Virus record (IMG/VR): IMGVR_UViG_3300029305_004606 | Coordinates: 64,001-128,000 of that record | Reading direction: 5' to 3' (one strand) | From: a virus | Lineage: Duplodnaviria; Caudoviricetes | DNA: 64,000 nucleotides | In this document: positions 41,138 through 52,500 of the stretch, piece after piece | How the letters are laid out: each line of letters opens with the position of its first letter | Numbering within the stretch: position 1 is the first letter of the stretch | The notes under the pieces: generated by a model | Database searches by the model: none | The model's input: the letters and a program-made list of their open reading frames with translations, nothing else | Told to the model about the DNA's origin: nothing | Program-made: the position numbers and the translations under genes

Positions 41138-41329
41138 ATGTCAATGAATATTATGGAGAACAATCCTAACAATGTACTTAAGCCTAATCTTAAGACATTA
41201 TTAGCCGAGCGTCAGGAACTTGATGCAGAGAGAAAAGCTAGTAAGAGTTTCTTTGAAAGAATGAAAATCTCTAGCAAAATAGCTGCAGTTGATAAGCAGA
41301 TAGCTAGTATTGATCTGAAGACCAAGTAG
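41138..41329 (+). CDS. Small hypothetical protein
   Basis: GAGGTG SD. Confidence 0.6.
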   Translation: MSMNIMENNPNNVLKPNLKTLLAERQELDAERKASKSFFERMKISSKIAAVDKQIASIDLKTK

Positions 41330-41377
41330 TACTATGATTATATATTATAATTATGGTATAAAAGGAGGCATATAATT

Positions 41378-42769
41378 ATGAGATCAGAAGATTTTTATAC
41401 AGGAGAGCCGGTAGTAACTGGCTCTCCGATTTCATTTTCAGAAAATATGGTACCATCTAATAATGATGTTACAGAAGCAGCAAATATGGCAGCTTTTGGA
41501 GCATATGCATATGATCCTGGTATGAGACAACAATTAATGACACCTGGTGGATATGGTTATGGAGTAAGTCCAAACTTTATGAATCCACCAACTCAGTTTG
41601 GAGGTGTAGTATATCAACCTCCTATGTATGGAATAGGAGCACCACCTAGTCCATATGGAAATATTCAGCCTAGTTATAACATATATCGTCCTAATATGCC
41701 CAATCCTGCAATGCAGATGGGTATGGTGCAACCTCAATATCAGCAAGTACCAACTCAGTATCATATTCCTGGAGTGAATATGGGTGGTGAATATATGCCA
41801 CCTGCAGATTTTGAACAAAGATTATCTGAATTAGAAATGGCTTACTATTCCAAAGTAATTAATCAACAGGCTATAGATGAAGTAAACATGTCCATGAATC
41901 AATCTGTATACGGTTATGGATATAATGGTGGGTTTAATTATTATGGAATGCCATTCTATAATCAGTATCAGTATTCTTCTGCAGATTTAGAACTTAGACG
42001 AGCTGTAGAAGCTATGCAGCAGGAAGCTAGAGATAATCGAATGGCTTTCAATATGCAAATGTCAAGACTTGCTCACAACTTCAGTGGTCATGAAATTACG
42101 GACGAGCAAATCAGAGAAAGATATGAAGGTAGAACAATTGATATTCCTCAGCAAAGCGGAATAGTTGTTACACCTCAAGATTATTGGGAAATCGGAAGGT
42201 TCTATCAAACAGAACCGTTTGATAATTCTCAAATGTATAGAGATCATTTCAATAGAGTTAGAGAAGAGTTCCAAAAGATTATTCCAGCAAACTCAGATCT
42301 TCAATCTACTTTCAGTAATATGGGTATTGTTGCAGCCCAGTATGAAATGGAAGAGGAGATGCATAGAAGACGAGATGGTGGAAACCTCTATAATAACACC
42401 GATAATGCTTATAAGCGATTAATTCGTAAGAAAGCAAAAGAAAGATATGCAGCTGAAAAAGGTATAGTATTATCAAATACTGGAGCTGCTCTTCCTAATT
42501 TCTCTGCTCAGCAAGCTAAGCAGAATTTTATATCTAACTCTACTCTGTCAAACTGTGCAACTTTGCAGGATGATGGAACATTGAATGTATCATTAAGATT
42601 ACCTTGTAATGTAGGAAGTCATGCTGGACAAATGTATGAAGTGAACAGTCAGGAGTCTCAGTATGATGAAAAGAGAGCAAGATTTGGACAGTTTATCGAT
42701 TCGATTCCCGGTTCTATATATTTAGATCAAAAGAAACGGGAAAAGATGGAGGATTATAAGTATGAATGA
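41378..42769 (+). CDS. Hypothetical protein with prion-like Y/G/Q/P/M-rich N-terminal region
   Basis: Promoter motif at 41338, AAGGAGG SD; GGYGYG, YQPPMYG, YGYGYNGG. Confidence 0.8.
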   Translation: MRSEDFYTGEPVVTGSPISFSENMVPSNNDVTEAANMAAFGAYAYDPGMRQQLMTPGGYGYGVSPNFMNPPTQFGGVVYQPPMYGIGAPPSPYGNIQPSYNIYRPNMPNPAMQMGMVQPQYQQVPTQYHIPGVNMGGEYMPPADFEQRLSELEMAYYSKVINQQAIDEVNMSMNQSVYGYGYNGGFNYYGMPFYNQYQYSSADLELRRAVEAMQQEARDNRMAFNMQMSRLAHNFSGHEITDEQIRERYEGRTIDIPQQSGIVVTPQDYWEIGRFYQTEPFDNSQMYRDHFNRVREEFQKIIPANSDLQSTFSNMGIVAAQYEMEEEMHRRRDGGNLYNNTDNAYKRLIRKKAKERYAAEKGIVLSNTGAALPNFSAQQAKQNFISNSTLSNCATLQDDGTLNVSLRLPCNVGSHAGQMYEVNSQESQYDEKRARFGQFIDSIPGSIYLDQKKREKMEDYKYE

Positions 42770-45119
42770 TGATCGTAATTATATCTTAGATAGACTTAAA
42801 AGTCGAAGTATCTCTATTGATGAGTTTAATTTCGATAACTTAAAAGCACCACCGTTATCTATGTTTCTAACACCTGGAGATATTCAGGAATTAAACTCAA
42901 TTGCAACATCTTTAAAATTATCTGCTAAACCTCAGGAAAGATACAGGTTGATTGATCAAGTTATGAATAGAAGAGGATTGGTTAAATTCTTATCCGGAAC
43001 TAATCGAGTTACTTATCGTCATCCTGAATTTCCTGATATATTGTTTAAGGTTGCTAGTGATGCTGTTGGTATTAGTGACAATCCGGCAGAATTTTACAAT
43101 CAGCATTTGCTTAAACCGTTTGTAACAAAAATATTCGAAGTAAGTCCTGGAGGGGTTGTAGCAATTACAGAAAGGGTAAATCCAATAACTTCTAGGGAAG
43201 AATTCTTATCAGTTGCAGACGATATATTTGAATTGATAACAGAATGGTTGATAGGAGAATATGTATTAGCAGACTTTGGTTCTAAATTTTTCATGAATTA
43301 TGGAATCAGAAAAGGATTTGGATGTGTATTGTTAGACTATCCATATCTTTATAAGCTTGATGGTAATAAGTTGTATTGTAATAAACCAGATCATACTTCA
43401 CCTACAGGTAAATGTGAAGGTACAATAGATTATGATAGTGGTTACAACTTTTTACATTGTACAAAATGTGGTGCAACTTATAAAGCCAAAGAGTTGGAAC
43501 AAAAAATCAAAAATAATGAAATCATAAATATTGACGAAGGAGAGAAGAAAATGGAAATCATTATCAAAGGTGGCAGCAAGGATTTAAAGGAAAGAAAGAT
43601 CAGAACTATGGATTCTGATAATGCAAATTTTGCAGAAACAATTATGTCTACTGGTCAGCTTGGTGAGAGAATGGAAGGTGCAATTCAGAGAGCAGTAGCA
43701 GAAGCAGCTGAAAGAACTGTTGTAAACACCTCTAATATCGGTGGTTCTGAGTATAAGTTTGAGGTTAGAACTAACAAAAGAACCAATGCTCCTATACCTG
43801 TAGAGGAACCTAAGCAGGAAGAGAAGAAAGTAAATAAGAGCGATGACGATAAGGTAATAGCTCCTGCACCTAAAAAAGAATCCAAGAAGGATAAGAAGAA
43901 AGAGAAATCTGGAGCTCCTGTAGCACCTATTGTTACAGAAGAACCTGTTGCTCCTATTGTTAAGGTAGAAGAAGAGCTTACAGTTAATGGTGTGAATCCC
44001 AAGGCAGGTATTGCAGAATCTCCTATTAGTATTTCTGAAGAGACTAAGAAAGAGTTTGCAAATGTTGACCAGGATAAAGAACCTAGTCCTGTAGAAACTA
44101 TTGAGAGAGCTATCAACAACATTACAAGATGTATGAACGAGATTGAAATTGATGTTGTTAAAGATGATATCATGGAAAGATTGTTCATTGCTGTTGCTTC
44201 TATGCTTCCTAATAATAACAAGAGTCTTCATATGCTTATCTCTGCTGCAAGAGATATTATTGATGCTGATATTGAAGAAGATGAAATCGATGATCATACT
44301 ATTATGGATATGGAAGCTATCCTTTCTTTTGTAGGTAAGAGTATCGTTGATGATTCTGATTGTGAAGCATCAGAAGATGGTCCGGATAAGATTACTCGTT
44401 TACAGGAATCTGTTGACAAATTAACAGCTTATAACGAAGAGCTCAATGTAACTGTTGGCAAACTTACAGCAGAAAATCAGGAGCTTCAGGAATCATATGA
44501 GAAAGCTACAGAATTAATCGAATGTCTTGAAAAGAAGTATGATAAAACTTCTAAGGATTTGATTGATGTTGAAGATGAATTAAGTTCTGTTAAGTCAGAT
44601 AGGGATCAGATTCAGAGAGAACTTGATGATGTAAAAGCAGCAAATGAACAACTTGTAAGTCAGGTAGAAGTTCTTGAGTCTGAAAAGGCTACAGCTTCAG
44701 AAGCTGAAATTACAGGTCCTAAATTTACTGATGATGAAATTATTGGTATTAAGACATTTGAAGCAGTAACTGTCGATCTTCAGGAATTACTTCCTACACA
44801 GGAAGAGTCACATAATATCGTTGTTCTTGTTGATGAAGATGGCAAGTATGTAGCAATTGACAAATTGATGATTGCTATCGATGAAGTTGATGGTATTTCT
44901 ATTGATGAAGCTGAATTTGTCTCTAAAGAATATATTGCTGATTTGATGGCAGTTGCAGAAGGTCATATGGCTACAGAAGAATCTGATACTGATGCTAACA
45001 ATGAAGAATCTGCTGAAGAGGTTGAGGATTCTGAAGAGACAGAAGATGTTCCTGTAGATTCTAATATTGCAATTGCTACACAGCAGTTTTTAGATGAAGA
45101 GGAGAAATTGGAGGTATAA
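42762..45119 (+). CDS. Protein-kinase-like domain plus zinc ribbon plus long acidic coiled coil
   Basis: SGTNRVTY, LFKVA, AEF, ADFGSKFFMNYG, LLDY in kinase order; CTKCG. Confidence 0.6.
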   Translation: MNDDRNYILDRLKSRSISIDEFNFDNLKAPPLSMFLTPGDIQELNSIATSLKLSAKPQERYRLIDQVMNRRGLVKFLSGTNRVTYRHPEFPDILFKVASDAVGISDNPAEFYNQHLLKPFVTKIFEVSPGGVVAITERVNPITSREEFLSVADDIFELITEWLIGEYVLADFGSKFFMNYGIRKGFGCVLLDYPYLYKLDGNKLYCNKPDHTSPTGKCEGTIDYDSGYNFLHCTKCGATYKAKELEQKIKNNEIINIDEGEKKMEIIIKGGSKDLKERKIRTMDSDNANFAETIMSTGQLGERMEGAIQRAVAEAAERTVVNTSNIGGSEYKFEVRTNKRTNAPIPVEEPKQEEKKVNKSDDDKVIAPAPKKESKKDKKKEKSGAPVAPIVTEEPVAPIVKVEEELTVNGVNPKAGIAESPISISEETKKEFANVDQDKEPSPVETIERAINNITRCMNEIEIDVVKDDIMERLFIAVASMLPNNNKSLHMLISAARDIIDADIEEDEIDDHTIMDMEAILSFVGKSIVDDSDCEASEDGPDKITRLQESVDKLTAYNEELNVTVGKLTAENQELQESYEKATELIECLEKKYDKTSKDLIDVEDELSSVKSDRDQIQRELDDVKAANEQLVSQVEVLESEKATASEAEITGPKFTDDEIIGIKTFEAVTVDLQELLPTQEESHNIVVLVDEDGKYVAIDKLMIAIDEVDGISIDEAEFVSKEYIADLMAVAEGHMATEESDTDANNEESAEEVEDSEETEDVPVDSNIAIATQQFLDEEEKLEV

Positions 45120-45122
45120 ACG

Positions 45123-45797
45123 ATGTCTTTACTCAAAGGAACTATATACATTACCGAAGATGTAAATCTTGTTATGTCTATACCTTATAACGGTAATACA
45201 AAAATAGTTAACCTTGATGAGGACGGAGTGCTTCCGGAGATGAATCACATTTTGGCGGGAACATGTTTGCTCCCGCCAATTGAAGCCAAAATTGCTGAAG
45301 TGGACGGTAATCAATCATTATATGATACGATATATTCAAATCATCTATTGATGCCGTTCCAACAGCAATTTATGGCTGCTCTGTTAGCATATCTGTACAA
45401 AGGTGGTAATTTAATTTTGTTTTTACCTGAGTTGGGTTATACTAACACAAAAGAAATGGTAATATTCGAAATATTCAAACTATATGGTGTTCATATTGGT
45501 ATGATTGGTGCACAGGATCCTATGGTAGCAAATTGTTATTATGACGAAACTTGTGTTCCTATGTGGTTAAATAGTATATATTCTGTGTCTGCTATTACTC
45601 CATACGAATTTTTATATATGTATCCTTTAGATGCTATATTGAACAACAATGTGATTGTACAAAAATTAGTACGAGAATTAAATCCATATGGTGAGAATTA
45701 TAATGACCAGGTAGCATATATTCAGGAATTTAGAAAGAAGATTCATGATAATCCTAATGTAAGACCTGCTTTGTTTAATAAATATGAAGCTTTTTAG
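45123..45797 (+). CDS. Hypothetical protein (paralog of next gene)
   Basis: GGAGG SD; LLPP...YDTIYSNH...LYKG. Confidence 0.75.
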   Translation: MSLLKGTIYITEDVNLVMSIPYNGNTKIVNLDEDGVLPEMNHILAGTCLLPPIEAKIAEVDGNQSLYDTIYSNHLLMPFQQQFMAALLAYLYKGGNLILFLPELGYTNTKEMVIFEIFKLYGVHIGMIGAQDPMVANCYYDETCVPMWLNSIYSVSAITPYEFLYMYPLDAILNNNVIVQKLVRELNPYGENYNDQVAYIQEFRKKIHDNPNVRPALFNKYEAF

Positions 45798-45812
45798 AGG
45801 AGGTAATGAGAT

Positions 45813-46355
45813 ATGCTGATGTATGGTGAAGATAAACCAGAAGTATTATCTTTAACTTTCTCAGGAACCGGTATGATATTTAACTTAACTTCGTATAAGG
45901 AGGGATATAATAGATTGAATCTGTTGGTTCCTCCTAATGAGTTGGGAAGATTTACTGATAGAGATTTCGATATAGCTTATGCAAATTATGTTATGATGAA
46001 TGATACAGTATTTTGTCAGTTTTTCTGGATAATATATAATTTGTATATTGGAAACCATGTTTTTATAATAGCTAATCCGGCAGATTGGAGCGAAAACATT
46101 CTCGAATCTCTACTCAAACTTATACAGCAAAGATATGGTTATAATGCAATAAGAATTGACAATGATGATGATTATATCTATGCTGCTAATTTTATGAACC
46201 CTGGTTTTGCTCCTGGGTTTGGATTATATAATCTTGACCAGGATAAAGAAAGATTTACTTATCTAATGGAGTCTTATAGACTTGCTAACAACGGAGCATT
46301 ACCTTATCAATTAGATGGTTTTGTAGTACCACCTGATAATCCGGAGGAAGCATAA
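45813..46355 (+). CDS. Hypothetical protein (paralog of previous gene)
   Basis: GAGGAGG SD; LVPP...FDIAYANY...LYIG. Confidence 0.75.
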   Translation: MLMYGEDKPEVLSLTFSGTGMIFNLTSYKEGYNRLNLLVPPNELGRFTDRDFDIAYANYVMMNDTVFCQFFWIIYNLYIGNHVFIIANPADWSENILESLLKLIQQRYGYNAIRIDNDDDYIYAANFMNPGFAPGFGLYNLDQDKERFTYLMESYRLANNGALPYQLDGFVVPPDNPEEA

Positions 46356-46398
46356 ACTTCCTCCGGAATTTATTTTTATGAAAGAAAGGATACTTTTT

Positions 46399-47007
46399 AT
46401 GTCAGAAGCAAATATAGCAATTAAATATCAAAATAAAGTAATAGAAGATAATAAAGTAGTAGCATTAATGTGTCCAAAATGTTATGGATTAATTGGATCC
46501 ATTTCTCAGAAATTAAAAACCGAGTTTTGGACTATAGAAGGTGGAGAGCAAAAGTTCTATGGACATAATGTAAGATTTGATGTAGATGGACAATGTGAAT
46601 ATTGTGGAGAATATATTGATCAATATATAGAGATTGATGGCGATCTTGCTGCTACTATATCTAATCTTAATCAGAAAGGTTGGAAAACAAACTTCTGTTG
46701 TGCTGGACATCCTATATCAACTTCTGCATATATAGCATTTAAACATAATCATTATCTTAAATATATTTCTGTATTGCCTAAAGGATGGAAACTGGATGTT
46801 AAAGACTATTCCGTAATGAGAGAATTTATTATAAGATCAGAACTTGGTAAATATGATCCTATTGAATTATATGAATGGTCTAAGAGATTGCCTATTATTC
46901 CAAACACAACAAGTTTAAAAAGAATTCCTGATAAAGAACTTATTGATATTATAATGAGTATGAAAGAAGATCAGTTAGATTTTGATGACGAAGAAACACA
47001 GGAATAA
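46399..47007 (+). CDS. Zinc-ribbon protein with CCAGH motif
   Basis: CPKC...CEYC, then IDGDLAATISNLNQKGWKTNFCCAGH. Confidence 0.65.
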   Translation: MSEANIAIKYQNKVIEDNKVVALMCPKCYGLIGSISQKLKTEFWTIEGGEQKFYGHNVRFDVDGQCEYCGEYIDQYIEIDGDLAATISNLNQKGWKTNFCCAGHPISTSAYIAFKHNHYLKYISVLPKGWKLDVKDYSVMREFIIRSELGKYDPIELYEWSKRLPIIPNTTSLKRIPDKELIDIIMSMKEDQLDFDDEETQE

Positions 47008-47019
47008 ATGGAGGTTAAT

Positions 47020-47235
47020 ATGTTGTATTTATCTAGACCAAAAGAAGATTTTACAATAACCACAACAACAGGATATCCTACAGAATTTAATAAAGATAAA
47101 CTTTATGGTATGGATATTGTATTAGGATTTGTAACTGGTGGAGAAGATAAGTATTATGTAAAAGATAAGTATGGATATAATATTCCTTTTACTAAGAATG
47201 AGTATGAAGAATTCTTTGAAACTGTAAAAGAATAA
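47020..47235 (+). CDS. Small hypothetical protein
   Basis: GGAGG SD before ATG 47020. Confidence 0.65.
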   Translation: MLYLSRPKEDFTITTTTGYPTEFNKDKLYGMDIVLGFVTGGEDKYYVKDKYGYNIPFTKNEYEEFFETVKE

Positions 47236-47259
47236 ATATAATCATAGAAGGAGATTTAT

Positions 47260-48093
47260 ATGAAAAATCCGGCAATAGATATAGCAAAATCTGTAAATTA
47301 TTTATCTCCTTCTAGATTAATATCTGGAAGGATAGTAGAATATGATATCAAAGCTGCAAATATTTCGTGTTTAAGACAAACAGGATTTATTACAGAGGAA
47401 GATTATCAATATCTTTTAAGATTACCTAAGAAACAAAGAGAAATAGAAATAGGTCTCAGAATAAAACAAGATCCAAAGGTATATACTAATATCCAGAAAG
47501 GTATTAAATGGGCTAAGGAACAATTAGTTACTGTAAATAATATACAAGAAGATCAGATTGTTAGAATTGCTAATGATGCTGTGTATATCAATACTCTTGT
47601 TGATTTACCAATAATTAAATTTGGAGATTATATACAATTTGTTCCTAAGTCAGTTTCAAATATATATCTTAATCTAAACAAGACAATAGTATTATTAAAT
47701 TTTCATCAAGATGGAAATATATCAGTAGATGTAAAAGGTATCGCTGATAATCAGATTCCTTTGCATGAAAATTATATAATCAATGCTATTGTAACTTGTA
47801 TAGTTTATATAGAAAGGTCAGGTATTCAAGAAGCTGTAGCTTACTTGTCAGATTTATGTCAGCATTATGTAAGATATGATTTACCAATAGGATATTATAG
47901 AGAATTCAATGCTTTTTCGTGTTACAGAATAAAGAATATATTTGGTCCTTATAATCCTTTTAATGGTGATACATTTGGTGCTGATAATCTTAACGAAGCT
48001 GACAAATATTCGCTTGATATTAATTATAATTATTCTGTACTTAGAGAATTATGGTCTATATTGCTTGAAATTTACAGTTTCAGAATACATTAA
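47260..48093 (+). CDS. Hypothetical protein, possible minimal polymerase-palm fold
   Basis: IVEYDIKAANIS (motif A-like) and IANDAVYI (motif C-like). Confidence 0.4.
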   Translation: MKNPAIDIAKSVNYLSPSRLISGRIVEYDIKAANISCLRQTGFITEEDYQYLLRLPKKQREIEIGLRIKQDPKVYTNIQKGIKWAKEQLVTVNNIQEDQIVRIANDAVYINTLVDLPIIKFGDYIQFVPKSVSNIYLNLNKTIVLLNFHQDGNISVDVKGIADNQIPLHENYIINAIVTCIVYIERSGIQEAVAYLSDLCQHYVRYDLPIGYYREFNAFSCYRIKNIFGPYNPFNGDTFGADNLNEADKYSLDINYNYSVLRELWSILLEIYSFRIH

Positions 48094-48120
48094 AATTCTA
48101 TAAGCCGAGAACATATATGT

Positions 48121-48268
48121 AATGCTATCTGGAACAAGGGCGTGCGGACAGTTGGCAGGTGCGATTATTCTTACATATACTAAGTTCTTGACTTTGGTGT
48201 GAACTATGTAACCCCAAGAAGACCCCTAGAGCTTCGGCGGCTCTAGGGGTCTTCGTTTCTTTTTTTAT
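48121..48268 (+). ncRNA. Candidate small RNA
   Basis: AACA-TATATG-TAAT at 48110-48123, GC-richer body, hairpin 48217-48254 plus T-run; no SD-led ORF. Confidence 0.4.
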
Positions 48269-48269
48269 T

Positions 48270-48722
48270 TTAAGATAAAGTGGATGAATTGAAAGCTGAT
48301 ACTTGATCAACTGCAATTGATTTTACTTTAGAATTGATAAACTTTAATAGATCTTCATCATTAGAAATATTATATATCATTTTAATATAGAAAATATATA
48401 ATTCCGAGATTTCAAGAGCTATAACTTTAGTAATATCTCTTACCATAATCTCACAATCTTCTTCTTTAATATATTCAATCTTTCTAACTATAAACTTCAT
48501 AGAAATATATCTTTGAATATATCTCTCAAAATATTCATCAATATATTGATTGATAGATTCAATCGATAGAACACTGAAAAGATTATATTTTTCGTTTTTG
48601 ATCTTCATTTCTTCCAATTTATTTTTTGGCTCTAAGTAATTCTTAGTAATATAAATTGTACTCCATGTACAGAAAGACAATACTAATATAATTACTATTA
48701 ATAAAAATATATAATTCATCAT
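48270..48722 (-). CDS. Membrane-anchored hypothetical protein
   Basis: N-terminal TM YIFLLIVIILVLSFCTWSTIYI. Confidence 0.7.
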   Translation of the reverse strand: MMNYIFLLIVIILVLSFCTWSTIYITKNYLEPKNKLEEMKIKNEKYNLFSVLSIESINQYIDEYFERYIQRYISMKFIVRKIEYIKEEDCEIMVRDITKVIALEISELYIFYIKMIYNISNDEDLLKFINSKVKSIAVDQVSAFNSSTLS

Positions 48723-49492
48723 AATAACAATTCTCCATTTCCGTTATTTTCAAGATATCCGTATGCTTGTTTATCAGGTAAATATCCACAATCTGCTACA
48801 GCCCAACCATATTCATTATAGTGAGCAAATCCTAATATTTCTTCTTGATGAGGTAATTGTACACTCAAAGGTAAATTATTCTGATACTTCTTGATATAAT
48901 TTATAACCTTTGCCGCAATGTCGTAAGTTATACCGTATCTATATCTAGATAATAATTCCCACCATCTTCCAAAAGTCATTTCAGGTGGTATATAAGCATT
49001 AGGATCATTAGTATATTTTTGATGAGCAGTCTTGCATAAAAACGTAACACCAACTCTATTTTGTCTATGTTCCTCTATAAGTAATTGTACCAAATCAAAA
49101 GTACTAATAATTCCTATAGTATTTACTACATGAGAAGTTATAAGTAAACAGATATCAAATAATCCTAATACATTATGATGTAATTCTATATCTGCATCTT
49201 CTGTAGTAATATTTCCCATTACTTGACATCTATCTATTCCTAATGATTCTATTAAAAATGCTTTATAAGCTTTATATTCTTTACTAGCTCTAAATCTACT
49301 CTCAGCATTCTTTAAAAAGTTTCTAAATGTATCTACATCAGCTAAAGTTTCCTTAGTCTGGTAAAAGAAAAGGTCTGAAGTAGCATATGGTGAATGAACC
49401 ATAGGATTCTTATCATCATATGTAATTACTTCAGGAAATGTATTATATTCATGATGAACTGGTACTGTAACTAATTCATTCATATTATTCAC
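48719..49492 (-). CDS. Hypothetical protein, HNH-like His pattern; paralog of 60125-60946
   Basis: RASKEYKAY...RCQV...IELHH...LFDI...LCKTAHQ. Confidence 0.7.
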   Translation of the reverse strand: MNNMNELVTVPVHHEYNTFPEVITYDDKNPMVHSPYATSDLFFYQTKETLADVDTFRNFLKNAESRFRASKEYKAYKAFLIESLGIDRCQVMGNITTEDADIELHHNVLGLFDICLLITSHVVNTIGIISTFDLVQLLIEEHRQNRVGVTFLCKTAHQKYTNDPNAYIPPEMTFGRWWELLSRYRYGITYDIAAKVINYIKKYQNNLPLSVQLPHQEEILGFAHYNEYGWAVADCGYLPDKQAYGYLENNGNGELLL

Positions 49493-49592
49493 CGTCCTTC
49501 TTTGTGAACTTTAAAAGGGTCACTTATTATTAATATAAAGTTTTTCTGCTTATTTTCCACATATTATTAATTTTAAACAGGAGGTGAAAATA

Positions 49593-52500
49593 ATGGCTTA
49601 CGTCAAAAATAAGGCATTTACTGACCATCCTCTAATGGATGAGATTTGCTTTAATTGTAAACGTATTCTGAAAGGTATAGTTGTCAAGAACGATGTATTG
49701 GCTAATCAAAAAGAAACAGAAAAATCAATTGAAAATGCCGAAATGTATTCAGTATACAAACGATACGGAACTATTCCATTTGAAATGTTTCCATTTAATG
49801 AAGACATGTTATATACTTTTGGATATACAAAATATCAAGTTAGAGCAATTCTTCAAGACCGGAACGCTATTCCTAAAGAAGACAGAGAAAAACTTACAGA
49901 ATTTGCTAATCAGTATTTCTTAGATAATTATTTTGAAGCTGATGGTAGATTTAAAGAAGAAAATGATTATTACAGAATGCTTACCGGATTGCCTCCATAT
50001 GAAACTGGTGAGGAATATTATATCTATTTATCACAATCTGATATTCCTAATACTTATGGAAAGAAAGTAGATTTATCTCTTCCACTTCATATGCAGGATA
50101 AACACCTGATTAATGTTTTATATTCTAACGGTGTTATTGATACATTGAGAACTAGATATCGTGGTTCCAATTATTCATACATGCTATATCTTGGTGATAG
50201 AGCTATTGATTTATTCACTGCTAGAAAAGCTAGCAAATGGGATATATTATATATTCCAAACGTAGAAGATCTTGTTAAAGATAAATTTATAGAATTCTAT
50301 CGTGTAAATAGAGATATGTATGCAAACCGTTCTTATCAGGAATTTTATGCTGATACTGGAGAATATTATGATCAGATGATGATTGTCATTGTTCTGGCTC
50401 AAACTTTCAATGACTTAATTGTAGATACTCCTCAGTGGTATATTAGAAGAGATATATTCGATTTAAGATCTTGTCAATACTTCTTAGAATCTAATGGAGT
50501 TGAATTCTTTAAGATTATTCCTTTGAAGTATCAGATTAGAATTGTAAAAAATCTGAATAGATTGATTTCATACAAATCTTCTAATAAGAATGCTATGGAT
50601 ATTTTAGATATCTTTGATATTGATAATACTAAGATATTTAAATATTGGCTATATAAAAAGAAAATTGATAATGTCAATGTTTATGAAGATGATAAGACAT
50701 TTGAAAATGGAGATAATCCTGGAGAAACTGGAGAGAATGATCTCGATTATGATTTTGGATCATTAGAAGAAGGTAAAAGTAAAACTTCTGTTGTTGCAGA
50801 AGGAGATGATTGGGATTTTAATCTTCTTGCTACTTATTCTTTTGATGATATTAAAGGTGTTGAATTTGACGAAAATGATAGAGTTAATTTAGTTGACACT
50901 AAAGATACTGCTATTGGACAATATGAACTTGAATTTATTGCTTCCGAAATTAATGAATCATATGATGATTATATTAAGGAATCTAGGTATAGAACTCCTT
51001 ATGATGATATTACTCTTCAGGATAAATTCTGGGATGGTGATCTTGAACATGAATTTGTAAAGAGCGAGATCTTAAAACAGGATTTCACAATTGTTGGAAC
51101 AAAGTATATGTCACTTGAATATGAAGTAGACTTGGAAAAATTCCAATATCAGATGTCATACTTATTGGGACTGATTATAAATTCTAATCTTGATACTTCT
51201 GATTTGGTAATTGGAGTTCCATCTATTGATGAATTTGCTCACTTTACTATTTCAGATTTGTTCTTATTCTTAATTGCACTTACAAACAACTATAGTGTTA
51301 GAGACGGAAGAAGTGGTTCTGAGACTAGACTATTTGATTTGTGGCAAGGTGTTACTCCAGAGATTGATGAAAAGCTCTATGATTGGAAAAAGAAATATTT
51401 CCCTGAATTTTTCATTAAGAAAGATGGTAGAGTAAATGGATTCAATCCCGATGTTGATATAAATTCTTTAGTGAAGATTCTCGAAAGAAGACATTCTCAT
51501 TATAGATTTGGACACGGTGATACAGAAAATGCTATTCCTCTTGTAGGTGAAGAATATAAAGCTAGAGCTCATGAATGGATTAAAGAACTTGGTGTATTTG
51601 ATTATACTGCTCCTAATTATAAGCTCAAAAGTATCAACGATCTAATCAAAGTTTATCATAGTAATACAAAATGCTATGATATTTTAAAAGAAGCTTTAAA
51701 TAATGCTTCTGATCAGGATGATAAGAAATATATGGAATATATTTTCCAGGAATTGTACACAAGAGATTTTGATATCGATTATTACACAGATCCTGATACA
51801 GGAAGAACTTATGAAAACTTGGTAGATATTATTAAAGATCATAATTATATTCTGTATTCTACTTATCATAAGATTATGCAGGAAACAAATATTGAATCTC
51901 GTCAAGATACTATTAGAGCTGTAATGGATGACGTTATTAGTACTCTTCAATATTATTTATCTGCTGATGGAATGGATTTCTTATTTTCATTTACATCAAA
52001 TGAATCATTCTCATCTATTATCTATTATATTTACTTGATGATTAACTTCTTCAAGTCATATAAAGTATATTTCTTAGATCCATATATCACTTTTAGTTCT
52101 AGTAATAAAAATGAAAACAATGCTAAAGCTATTGATAGAGTTGAAGAATGGAAATATGAATATACTAAATGGGATAGAGCTTTTGTATCAGATGCAATTA
52201 CAGGTATCAGTGTACAGCTTTATATGCCAGATAAATCTATTATAGAATTAACATCTGGTGATGAAGTTGATATTTATGCTCATCATGAACCTAATTTATT
52301 TATGGATTATGATTATGATGGATATACTGAAGATGAATCTATATCAAGAGAAGATGTCAATGGTGGAACTGCTGACGAAACAAAGATTGCTCCGTATATA
52401 ATGATTAACGGTGGTAAGTCTTATCAGAAAAATATAGATCTTTCCAATATTGATGGTGGAGAAGCTAATCAATATGATAGAGATTATTGCGATATTGATG

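Noticed and set aside
43584-44297. Long antisense ORFs (e.g. 43584-44297, 43685-44221, 54371-54781, 63684-63998)
   Set aside because: Shadows of biased codon usage on the coding strand; no SD or promoter
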